A stretch of 63,475 bases of DNA, the filler included, from Octopus bimaculoides (Eukaryota): the NCBI RefSeq assembly GCF_001194135.2. It is 5 parts of 5 records of this genome, joined end to end, with 100 filler letters (N's around TTAATTAATTAA, not from the genome) between each part and the next. Parts side by side here need not be neighbours in the genome. Positions count along the whole stretch, not along the records: positions 32,011 to 50,475 come from NC_068983.1; positions 50,576 to 56,592 come from NC_068988.1; 3 more parts are not named here. The stretch is one strand, 5' to 3'. The notes beneath the pieces were generated by a model. It was not told the origin of the DNA and ran no database searches. It was given only the letters and a program-made list of their open reading frames with translations. Each line of letters starts with the position of its first letter. Positions within the stretch are counted from its first letter, which is position 1. Positions 39,741-51,182 of the stretch are shown here, piece by piece. Made by a program: the position numbers and the translations under genes.

Positions 39741-41340
39741 TGTGCATGCACATGTAAGTGTGTGCATGTGTGAATGCGCATGTGCATGTATGCACATGTG
39801 TGTGCATGCACATGAGTGCGTGCACATGTATGCGTGTGTTATGGGTCTATTCTATGTATGTTGTGCATATGTATGTGCATTCACATACGCATACATATAT
39901 ACATATGTACACATATATGTATGTATGTATGTATGTATGTATTATGTATGTGAAAGACGTTCCAATAAAAATTAAATGACTGAAACATCTGTAAAAGAAT
40001 GAGTGTGTGTTTGTGTAATTGTGCGTGTGTGTGCATTTGCTATACATGTTGTGTGCACATGTGCATGCATGCACACTCACACACATATACATTTATACAT
40101 ACATATGTACACATATATTCAAGTATACATGTATGTGTGTATTATGTATGTATATGTATGTGAGCGTCTGTGTATTTGTATATATGTATATATATATATG
40201 CATAGAATGATAAAGACGAAAGACTTCCCAATAAAAATTAAATTGCACTTAAAAAACAGAACAGAAAGAAAACAATCTTCTACAGGTTCTTAATAAAAGA
40301 GGAAATTGAATAGAATGACGACAGGTGTATGAGATTAATATGTAATAAAATTAAACCTGATGTAATAATAATAACTGTAGTATTAGTTGGAGGTATTCTA
40401 ATTTGTTACTCAGGCAGGTGCCAATATGTAGAAGTTGTGAGAAACAGAACGGAGAATCAAGAAAGAGAGAAAAAATATCTGTAGATTATCTCATATGTGA
40501 CGTAGAAGCCAAAAGATTAGATGAAAGGAATGAGGTGAAATGAAATGGATGACGAGAAAAGAAATATAAAGAAAGGAAAGTGAATGAGAAAAGGAGGGAA
40601 AAAGAAATGGTATAAATAAATGATTATTTTTAAAGGAAGTTGCTTTGATAATCTATTCAGGGTGGAAAAATGAAATGATGGTTGAAGAGGTGAAATGCGT
40701 TTTAGTAATCATTGTGTAACAGGCAAGAATAATCAGAGATTGTATGTGTTTGAGAGAAGGAGGGAGGGAGAGAGAGAGAGAGAAAAAAGACAGGTAGACA
40801 GACAGACAGAGAATGAGTAAGATAAAGATTGAGAAAGAGAGAAATAAATAAAAGGAAGGGATAAAAGATGGTATTACAAAGCAGGTAATGGAAAATGTTA
40901 GACACGGCAAAAGAAAGAATAAAAGAAAACAAAAAAAATATAAGAAAAAAATAAAGTGGGAGGAAGAACCGGAAAAAAAAATGATCATAAAACTGGAAAG
41001 AAGGAAATAAAACAATACAGAACATAATAAAAGATTAAAATGAAGAACCATGGAGAAAGTACGGATTATTATAATTTTTACCAGAGTATTTCTTTTTATG
41101 CTTTGCTGCCAAATGTCATTATCTTATAAAAAAAAAATATATTTCAAGGATTATTTTTTTGATAGTTACTCAAAGACAAGGATAAAATAGTTTCCATATT
41201 CTTCAACACACGAACTACAGTTGAAGATATTTAAGAATTTTCTATTTTATCTCTGCTTATTTTAACTAAATCAAATCTGTTACTCTATCTAAAATCAGTT
41301 AACATCTTGAGAACCAGAAAACATAAAGCTTAAAGAAAGT

Positions 41341-41515
41341 GCAAGCATGGCTTTGTGGTTGAGAAGTTTTATTCCCAACCACATGGCTTCAGGTTCAATA
41401 CCACTATGTGACACCTTTGGCAGGTGTCTTTTACTATTGCCCTGGTTTGACAAAAAAAGCCTTGTAAGTGGATTTGGTTGGCAGAAATTGAATGAAGCCT
41501 GTCATATATGCATGC
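41341..41515 (+). mobile_element. Family A SINE head, interrupted at its microsatellite
   Basis: gcatggctttgtggttgagaagttt...gtggatttggttggcagaaattgaatgaagcctgtc followed by (TATG)n. Confidence 0.8.
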
Positions 41516-41558
41516 ATGTATGTATGTATGTATGTATGTATGTATGTATGTATGTATG

Positions 41559-42462
41559 GGGTGGTGTACCCAAAAGAAACCAGAATTTTGCAATATTATT
41601 TTATTCACTTAGTTCTACCTATTTACACTTTTATTACTTTCAAAGTATTTTCCATTTGAAGCAATGCATTGGTCCAGGTACATTTTCCACTATTCAAAGC
41701 AATGTTGGAACTCTTTTGAAGTGATGCCTTTTAATGCCTCCATTGCTTCTTCTTCACCCCTTCCACATTTGCAAATTCTGTAGCACCAGTTTTCATCACC
41801 AGTGATGACCTTTGAAAAGAGATCTGGATCAATTTCCAACCATTCTTTTGGTTCATGACACACATTCAGTTGTGACAGCTTTTGATCTTCCGTGAGCAAG
41901 AGAGGCACAAATTTTGCTGCAACTCTTTTCATTCACAATTCCTCACTCTAAATTCATTGGCAGGAGCTCCAGGACACACCAGTCATATCAACAAGTTCAT
42001 CAGTTGTTTGGTGACAGTCCTCCAAGATCAGGTCAGGAATTTTTGTGATATTTTCATTCATTTGGGAGTTCGACGGTCATCTTGAACAAGGTTGGTTCTC
42101 AATTGACCACTGACCATTCATAAAGCATAGAAACTATTCAGAAACTTGTGTTTTGCTCATGCCAGCGTCTTTGTAAGCTGTTTGAAACATGACAACCGTT
42201 TTGGCCATTGTTTTCCCCAGCAGAAAACAGAATTTCACAGAAACACGCTGTTCCTTTATTTCAGTCATCACAAAAATTGATGAACAGGGGAGAAGCACTG
42301 CAAAACAAAGACACATCACATGGCAGTATGACTTCATACGATGCCACTGGTCGGTAAACTGATGTCTGAGGGTCACACCAAGTGGCTTCTAGCAGTAGAA
42401 GCCTGAACTACAATGGGCTTGTCCCACAGAGAATGTTTCTCGTTACAATTTGGTACCCTCTT
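41559..42462 (-). mobile_element. Internally deleted mariner (DD34D-type) transposon
   Basis: EQRVSVKFCFLLGKT...MSKTQVSE and MKRVAAKFVPLLLTEDQK...KVITGDENWCY, jumping to the C-terminal EALKGITSKEFQHCFE; degenerate TIRs with TA at both ends. Confidence 0.9.
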
Positions 42463-42464
42463 GT

Positions 42465-42790
42465 ATGTCTTTTCTTTCTCTTTTTAATTTAGAGTAAATT
42501 TTGACTGGCCATCAGCTTGGTAGCAAGGTAGTGAAGGAAAATATCATGAATTAACCATAATCCTTTAAATCTCAAGAAGGTCTTGCAGATTTTTATAGTC
42601 CCAGATATCATGATCATATGTAGTTTATGAATTAAAGATTTGCATTCTCTCCTCAAGATTCCAAGTTCAGCCATACTTTGCTCCAGATGGGTTGGTACAT
42701 ATCCTATTGCTCCTATGATATTGGGTATATGTTTGTAGTAAGTTCTTTCATAGAGAGATCATCTGGTCTTTCTGCATCAAAACTTACTAA
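42465..42790 (-). mobile_element. RLE-type non-LTR 3' fragment (same group as 97-470)
   Basis: Minus strand YPNIIGAIGYVPTHLEQSMAELGILRRECKSLIHKLHMIMISGTIKICKTFLRF. Confidence 0.7.
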
Positions 42791-43597
42791 ATCTTATTAA
42801 TGATTATTAAATAAGGGCTAAAGACAAAAATTGTTTTTGTCCTTGAATGATAGGCCACTTAAAAGCCATTTATTTCCTTCAATAGTGTTTGTTGTAAATA
42901 GTCACCTCCAAAGATGATGTATATCCTTTACTCCAATTTTCTTCCATGACAGAAACAATACTTTTCAATCAGGTCTGAGTGTGTATGTTTGTGTCTCCTT
43001 GTCTTGACAATATGTGATTGTTGCTATGTCATTCATTTCAAATATTCTCCAAAAACATGTCCTGGCCACTTGGAAACAGGTAAGGATTGGCAACAACAAG
43101 GGCATCCAGCTGTAGAAAATCTGCCTCAGGCAACTCCATCTAACCCATGCAAGCAAGGGAAAAAGTGGACATCAAAACATGGATGATGATGACACCGACA
43201 ATGTTGACGATGATAACAACAATGATGACAATGGTAACAACAACAACGACAACCTAAAAAAAGCAATCTATCTTGCCTTCCTCTCTTGCTTGAATAGATT
43301 AAATTTCTGAAACTATCAAGGAAATTAATATATCATTGGTTTCCAGTGGGTTGTCAGCAATCATACCTGGTTGTAGTAAGGTTGACAACTTCAGAGAACA
43401 TTTAATTAACAGAAGATATAATCATATATTAAGTTAATTTCTTAGATATTTGAAATATTTCTTTTATATTTTATCTTTTACTTGTTTTATCTTTTACCAG
43501 TTGTCATGTAGCAATGGGGGATAAACAAAGACACAAAGACACATGCACACACACACACATGCATGCACACACACATGCGCACACGCATGCATGCACT

Positions 43598-43631
<34 letters not shown>

Positions 43632-43978
43632 TACATACATACATACATACATACAATGACCTTCTTTCAGTTTCCTTTTACCAAATCCACTCGCAAGGCT
43701 TTAGTCATTTCAGTTGGAGGATATGATAGTAGACACTTGCCCAAGGTGCCACATGATAGGTCAGAACTTGGAACTATGTAGTTGGGAAGTAAGCTTCCTA
43801 CCACACATCCACAACTGTGCCTATGTCTAAATTTTCCACTGAATTTTACATTTGCTTTCACCAAAGTTCTCAAGAGTAAAGAATATTAGCATAGGATGTA
43901 GAAGAATATGCATTCAGCAAATCTGCATCAATGGAAACTGGACAAGGTGGTCATTATTTTCTCCCTTTTGAAATTTAG

Positions 43979-44048
43979 GTTTGATTGTGAACAAGATATG
44001 CTCTTTCATCATGATGGTGACACATGTGCCAGCAGTGACATATCGCAG
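43979..44048 (+). CDS. Candidate orphan internal exon (xFDCEQDMLFHHDGDTCASSDISQ), gene unidentified
   Basis: Acceptor ttttctcccttttgaaatttAG, donor CAG|GTATTT, 70 nt open in one frame, non-repetitive composition. No homolog recognised and no partner exon established. Confidence 0.4.
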
Positions 44049-44589
44049 GTATTTCAATAATACTTGAATTTTGAAATAAAAGAGAAAAAATCTCCCTGCA
44101 ATATAATGTTATAAAAAATTTTATCTATAAGCATTTATCTAAAATAGATATACATGTGACATTTTAATAACAGAATTATTAAAGGAGGAAAAATTTTGGC
44201 ACATTAGGCCAGACAGGTTCACAGTTATTGGAATAGGGATTCTCCTAAATTGGCAAGTTGGCAAGTTTGGGTCAATGTTTGCCAAAAATGTTTTTTTTTT
44301 CTTTTAACTTATCAAAAGCTATAGTGACCCTCACATAAATATAACACTTTATCCTTACCTTTCACTTTTTGCTTGTGTCATTTGTTGGACTACAGCTATG
44401 CTGGAGTACTGCCATGAAGGGTTTAGTAGAACAAATTGATCTCGATATTATTTTTTTTTAACCTGGTACTTATTCTATTAGTCTCTTTTTGCCAAATTGT
44501 TAAGTTACAAGGGCCATAAAATGGTGATGGTGGAAGGAGACAAGCACGTAAATACACACATACATATATGTACATATATATATTTATGC

Positions 44590-44830
44590 TTATACATGGA
44601 ATTTACAAGAAACAAAAGACGAAGACAGGTGTATAAACAACAAACAGGTGTATGAGTTTAACGCTCGGGAAAGTGAGAAAGTCTTTTATGTTTCGAGCCT
44701 ATGTTCTTCAACAGAAAGGAGCACGAGAAAATAAAGAGAGAGAGAATAAAAAAAGAAAGCTTTAGTAGCTAGCGGTCAATCATGGCAGTGGCTGGACAGA
44801 GGTAGTCAGACAGGAGAGCTAGGAAGAAGG
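44590..44830 (-). mobile_element. Penelope-like terminal repeat family copy
   Basis: Longest copy of the family also at 1500-1710 and 63160-63275; carries a complete hammerhead-like motif. The Penelope assignment is inferred from the motif type. Confidence 0.6.
44683..44718 (-). ncRNA. Minimal type I hammerhead-like motif with variant core (degenerate copy)
   Basis: cttt-CUGUUGA-a-gaac-auag-gcuc-GAAA-c-au-a-aaag: stem I cttt/aaag, stem II 3 of 4 paired. Sister copy at 1686-1700 keeps GAAACGUA. Confidence 0.55.
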
Positions 44831-45163
44831 GAAGATAATAAAGTAGTGGTGATCCCAAAACAAAGGTGCGTATGCATATGTGACAGTCTGTGTGTATGTG
44901 AGAGCATGTGGATATGGGTTGGTGACCTTGACGTGTAGGTGTGTGCATGTGTAGGTGTGGGTGCTGAGAAGTGGTCAGTGCTAGTGTGTGCAGGGTGGTG
45001 TGATGTGGTGATGTGTGGTGTGGTGTGGTGGTGTGTGATGTGGTGTGGCAAGATGAGGTGTGGTGGTGTGTAGTGTGTGGTGTGGTATGGTGTTGTTGGG
45101 GTTGGGGTATGGAGGGTAGGGGATGCNNNNNNNNNNNNNNGGGTATGTAAGAGTGGAATGTGT

Positions 45164-45205
45164 GGGGTGGGGTGGGATGGGATTTATAGGGATGGTAGGG
45201 TTGGG
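45164..45205 (+). other. G-quadruplex consensus motif
   Basis: GGGG-t-GGGG-t-GGG-at-GGG-atttata-GGG-atggta-GGG-tt-GGG. Confidence 0.7.
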
Positions 45206-45874
45206 ATATATATATATACTTACACACACACACACACACATGTATATATATATTCTTTTATTTGTTTCAGTCATTTGACTGCAGCCATGCTGGAGCACCA
45301 CCTTTAGTTGAGCAAATCAACCCCAGGACTTATTCCTTGTAAGCCTTGTACTTATTCTATTGGTCTCTTTTGCCAAACCGCTAAAGTAGATCTATTAAAG
45401 ATAGAGTAATATTTATGTTAATGAGGGAAGCTGGAGTCTAATATATTAAAAAAGGATTTCTTTCTTCTTTCCTCACCTATTCCTTTTGACCATTCTCCTC
45501 ATTTTAACATACACATCTTTTCTCTTTTCTTTCCTCTCTACCTACTTAATACTACCATTACATTCTCAAAATTTCATTCACACCACAAGACACCTTTGAA
45601 TGAATAGCACATGGAATGTACTTCACACTCTCCATTTGTAATGACAAAATATGAACTCCTATCGGAATTTACATACCGTGGACAAGAAACATTTCTACCA
45701 CTCCTACACACCACTTTCCTCAGATAATGGAACTGCAACTATAACATCCTACATATATTTTAATTTTTACTTTTATTCTCCTATTTCCCTTTATACTTCT
45801 TAGTTCCATCCTTTTCCAAAATAACTCCTTATATTGAACTCTACTATTTCCCTCTATTCAACCATTTCATATCA

Positions 45875-45921
45875 TCTCTGATGAAGAGATATCCCTAATA
45901 TCCCAGAAACAGCTGTAAGAC
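45875..45921 (+). ncRNA. Minimal type I hammerhead ribozyme motif (Penelope-type)
   Basis: tct-CUGAUGA-a-gagauau(cccua)auauccc-a-GAA-ACAGCUGU-A-agac: canonical core, stem II 6 of 7 paired, palindromic stem III, GUA triplet at 45915-45917, stem I tct/aga. Confidence 0.75.
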
Positions 45922-46174
45922 TAACTTTCTCTTCATAAATGTCCTGAAAATTCCACACAACCTTGGCTTTGTTGTCTCATTTTATTTAACATATACATGC
46001 TCATATAAGATCCGCATTAGACTACTCACTTGTATTAATTTCAAACTGAGAGTTTAACTACAGTTCTTCCATAGCACTTACACCACCTCACCTGTCACCT
46101 TGGGTCTTCTGGATACCAATACTTCTCATGTATATATATACATATATTTATATATATATACGTGTGTATGTATG

Positions 46175-46222
<48 letters not shown>

Positions 46223-47910
46223 TATATATGGGTTCCGCAATGCTGTTTAATAAGTGCTAATACACTTTCTACAAGCAAACCACACTTATTGGAAGACCTT
46301 CCGTACAGCAGAAATATGAGTCAGTTACATTAACTTACTAATTATGCTGTATAAATTAAAAGAAAACTTTGAAGATGTACCAGTCTTCATACTCTTTATA
46401 ATTGTGTGTGTCTGTGTGTTTGTGTGTGTGTGTAACATCTCTTCTTATTTCCAGGCATTGTTTATCTAGGACAACATATTCAAATATGTTCTTCCTATTT
46501 TTGAGATAATAAAGTGTAATTTGAGAAATATTTGGCTGCTACATCTAGCAGGTTGAGTGAACATATACAGGCTTTTCTCATTGGCTTGCTTATTGTTTTG
46601 GGTACCCTTGTTTTAGTCGCATATAACCTTAGTGTAACTTATATATAGAATGATGTGGAACAATACAGTATCGTTTTATATGGTTGGATATAATACAGTA
46701 TGACAAGCTATACAATAAAAGATATTATGGTAAAATTTCCAAAACAAAAAAAAATGAAAGAAAGACCAATTATATAAAGAAAAGAAGTTACTACCATTTG
46801 TCTTACAACAGCTGTCTTTTGATTTAATCGCCAGACATTCTGGGTAGCAGTTATTTTACCAGTCAACTGCACTGAATCACACATATTATTGGTACTTATT
46901 TTATCGACCCCCAGAGGAACAAAGTGCAAAATCGATCCAGGGGAGATTTGGGACACAGAACGCCGATAAAGATGAAATGAAACACGTCAAAGCATCTGTT
47001 AAGGTACTCTACCATTTCTCTGAACTTGCCACCCTGTGTCGGTCTTATGAATTAAAAGTAAATGCTTCACTTCTTGCAATATCATGCATTCCAATAGTGA
47101 TTGTTTAAAACCTTAACGCATTAGAATAATGCAGTTTTCCATGATGAGATCTGCATGTGTGGAAATGGTATTTATGGTTTTTCAGTGCCAAATTGTGTAT
47201 GTGGTATATGAATGTATGTGTGTGTGTGCGTGTGAATTTGTGCATTTTGTGTGTGTGTGTGTATGAATTTGTGTCTGTGTGTGGATATGCATCTGTGTGT
47301 GTATATGCATCTGTGTGTGTATGTATGACTATGAATGTGAATTTGTGTCTGAGTATGCATGTATGTGCACGAATTTGTATGCAGATGTGAGTATGTGTGT
47401 GTATGTATCAATATGTGAGTAGGAATGTGGATTTGTGTGTGCATGTGTGTATATGTATATATGCAGGTATTAGTATGTGAGTATAAGTGTGTGTGTGTGT
47501 GTGTGTGTGTGTATGAGTGTAGGTATTTGTTGCGTGAATGTGTTTGCATGAGAGTATGTGTCTGAGTGTAACTATACATGCATGCAAGTGTGTGTGTGTG
47601 TGTGTGTGTGTGCGCACGCAAGTATGGATGTAACTTTGTGTGTATGTGTATAGGTACATTTATGTGTTAGGCCACCAACAAGCTTTTCAACATTAACATT
47701 TCTGCAAGTTACTAATTTTGTTTTTTACTTTTATAATATCCCTTAACACCAATAAATCTAATTTATTCTTTGTATGCATGGCTTTGTATAGCGCACACAT
47801 ACTCACACACTTACATACTTCTACACATACTCATATAAACACATGTGCATGTAAACACTTAAGTATACACTCTGAAATGCAGACACATCTTCACACATAT
47901 AGTCACACGT

Positions 47911-47962
<52 letters not shown>

Positions 47963-48188
47963 TTACACAGATGCACACACATACATACACACACACAAGT
48001 ATACATGTACACACACACACACAAGTTTCCATACAAAGATACAAATACTCACACATATACAAAAGTACATGAATACTGAAGTGAAGTTATTCAAAATCTC
48101 CTGAACAAAAGCATACTTGAAAACATAAATACATACATAAGCATGCATATATATGTGTGTGTGTGTGTATGTATATACATTATATATA

Positions 48189-48574
48189 GGCGCATGAGTG
48201 GCTGTGTGGTAAGTAGCTTGCTTACTAACCACATGGTTCCGGGTTCAGTCCCACTGCGGGGCACCTTGGGCAAGTGTCTTCTACTATAGCCTCAGGCTGA
48301 CCAAAGCCTTGTGAGTGGATTTGGTAGACGGAAACTGAAAGAAGCCCGTCGTATATATGTATATATGTGTGCGGGTGTGTCTGTGTTTGTCCCCCTAGCA
48401 TTGCTTGACAACCGATGCTGGTGTGTTTATGTCCCTGTCACTTAGTGGTTCGGCAAAAGAGACCGATAAAATAAATACTAGGCTTACAAAGAATAAGTCC
48501 TGGGGTCGATTTGCTCGACTAAAGGTGGTGCTCCAGCATGGCCACAGTCAAATGACTGAAACAAGTAAAAGAGT
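48189..48574 (+). mobile_element. Full-length family A SINE, relatively young
   Basis: Highly similar to 10706-11104; most CpGs retained. Confidence 0.92.
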
Positions 48575-48734
48575 ATATGTGTGTATACATGTATACATCA
48601 GTTGAAAAAGTTTCAAAACTTCTGGAATGAATCTTGTACATGTTTGAGATACATGGCATATTTTATAAATATGCCAAGTTAAAGTATCATAAAAGCATGA
48701 AACTATTGGTAGCTCTTTTGGTTGTGTATTAAAT

Positions 48735-49090
48735 ATGGTTCCAGGTTCAGTTCTACTGTATGGGACCTTGAGCAAATATCTTCGGCTATAGTCTTAGGCC
48801 AGCCAAAGCCTTGTGAGTGGATTCGGTAGACAGAAACTGAAAGAAGCCTGTCACATGCACGTGTGTGTGTGGTTGGGGGTGTATCAGGGTTTGTCCCTGA
48901 CCACTGCTTGACAACTGGTTTTGGTGTGTTTATGGCTCCGAACTTAGTGGTTCAGTAATGAGACTGATAGAATAAGTAAGTACCAGGCTTAAAGAAAAAG
49001 AGACAAACTAAGTACTGAGGGTGATTCATTCGACTAAAAAAGTTCTTCAAGGCAATGCCCCACCATGTCCACACTCTAATGACTGAAACA
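48735..49090 (+). mobile_element. Older family A SINE
   Basis: Same head and tail layout, more diverged. Confidence 0.8.
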
Positions 49091-49106
49091 AGAAAAAAAA
49101 ACAGTA

Positions 49107-49982
49107 CAAGGTACATTCCAGAAGTTTTGAAACTTTTTCAGGCAAAACATTTATTAATTTCAAAGAATTAAAAAATTCTAATTTTCTTTGAACTAGAACC
49201 CTCTAACTTCAATGCACTTGTTATAGTATTCCAACCACTTCATGAAGGCCCCATGCAAGTCCTTTTAACTGAAGGTGTCCAGGCTCCTTGATACAGCCAT
49301 CTCCACCTTCTCCTTTAGCTTGGAGAACAACAAAGTTACAGGGAGAAACATCTGGGATGTAGGGAGGGTGAGGGGTAGTTTTGATGCCCATTTCTATCAA
49401 GCAGTCAATTAACAGTGTGGAATTGTGGATTGGTGCATTGTCCTGTTGCAGGGGCTCTAGCCTTTTGCAATGAAATCTCTTCCTGAACAACTTCAAAATC
49501 TCAACAAAGTACCCTTGTCGACCATCTAGCTAGAGGGAACCCAAGTTCCCTCTAGCTAAATGATGCACTTACTGTTAAAAAAAAATGGGTCATCGTGAGA
49601 TTCCCAGTGAACCTGCTTCACCTAGCCTCTTGTACCAGTGAAAAACAGATGTTCAGGTCATACAAGTCAATCCATTGACAATCTGGAGCATTTCCTAAGT
49701 TTCTGAAGCATTTTTGCCCAGTATTACATGAACTTTATTGCATAGCAAGCTTCCAAATTAACTTCATGTCCCAGCTGCATTCTCTAAACAAGTCAGCTGT
49801 GACAAGCAGTATTTAGGTGAGTGTGTTATACAGTTTCTTGTGTTATACAGCTTGTTATCTGGAATAACAAAGTTGGCAGGTCAGCTTATCATATGCATAT
49901 AAATATACTAAAATTACGATAATCAATGACATTTATAACTGCTTCTCCTAAAAGAGTCTCAAAACTTCTGGAATACACTTCA
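49107..49982 (-). mobile_element. Internally deleted mariner transposon with TIRs and TA target duplication
   Basis: TIRs caaggtacattccagaagttttgaaac and gtctcaaaacttctggaatacacttca, each flanked by TA; ORF 49221-49496 QQDNAPIH...PHPPYIPDVSPCNF. Confidence 0.9.
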
Positions 49983-50519
49983 TATACATGCATATCTACA
50001 AAAATTCAAGAAATACACACCCACACCTTTTCACAATATTAACATAAATATTCTAATGTACTTGATATACATTCATTCAACCATACATACAACTGTGTGT
50101 GTTTGTATGTGTGTATGTTTATGTATGTGTATCTGTGTGTGCGTGTGTGTGTACCTGTGCGTTAGTGTGCATGTATGTGTGCGTGTAAATATATATTCAT
50201 ACAAAGACATAATCTCATAAATGTGTATACACATGTGCGCATGCACACAGAGGAACAAAGAAAAACACAGACACAGACACACCCATGCACACGTATACAC
50301 TGGCTCATACACAAATGCATATACACACAATGCAAGTAGTTATTGAGATAAAGAATATATGTGTCTGCATGTTTATATGCGTTTACATATATATATGTCC
50401 CAAAAACCAGTGAACCATGACAGACTAGCTCACAGACCAACCAAAAATAATTTTAAAATCCCTTTAACTCTTCCTNNNNNNNNNNNNNNNNNNNNNNNNN
50501 NNNNNNNNNNNNNNNNNNN

Positions 50520-50531
50520 TTAATTAATTAA
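50520..50531. other. Assembly gap linker TTAATTAATTAA
   Basis: Same 12-mer inside a 100-bp gap. Confidence 0.95.
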
Positions 50532-51084
50532 NNNNNNNNNNNNNNNNNNNNNNNNNNNNNNNNNNNNNNNNNNNNAGAGAGAGAGAGAGAGAGGAGGAGG
50601 AGAGAAAGAAAACGATTTACCGTTCATTATAATATCAAACCTTCCCTCCTCAATACAAACAGATATTTTAATAACGAAAACTATTACATACACAAAAGGG
50701 TCACCATAGGAGCTAAAGAGTCCCCCTTTCTACCACACCAAAGGCAGAAGAGAACAAAAAAGCAATAGATGAATACATACATACATGAATACATACATAC
50801 ATGAATACATACATAAATATATACGTTCATATATACATACATACATAAATATNNNNNNNNNNNNNNNNNNNNNNNNNNNNNNNNNNNNNNNNNNNNNNNN
50901 NNNNNNNNNNNNNNNNNNNNNNNNNNNNNNNNNNNNNNNNNNNNNNNNNNNNNNNNNNNNNNNNNNNNNNNNNNNNNNNNNNNNNNNNNNNNNNNNNNNN
51001 NNNNNNNNNNNTATATATATATACGTGGAGGTAGACATAGATAGATAGATAGATAGGATTTTAGAATTGTGTCATTATTAAAGA

Positions 51085-51182
51085 GAAGAAGAAGAAGAAG
51101 AAAAAGAAGAAGAAGAAGGAGAAGAAGAAGAAGAAGAAGGAGAAGAAGGAGAAGAAGGAGAAGAAGAAGAAGAAGAAGAAGA
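51085..51182. repeat. (AGA/AGG)n purine microsatellite
   Basis: Directly visible. Confidence 0.97.

Noticed and set aside
40440-41060. Purine-rich strand-asymmetric tract giving F/L/S-rich minus-strand ORFs
   Set aside because: Low-complexity GA/AAAG sequence; the hydrophobic translation is a compositional artefact.
46715-46729. ATA AAA GAT ATT ATG (IKDIM), resembling the expected next exon of the enzyme
   Set aside because: No acceptor in the required phase, and it continues VKFPKQKK rather than an ACT-like sequence.
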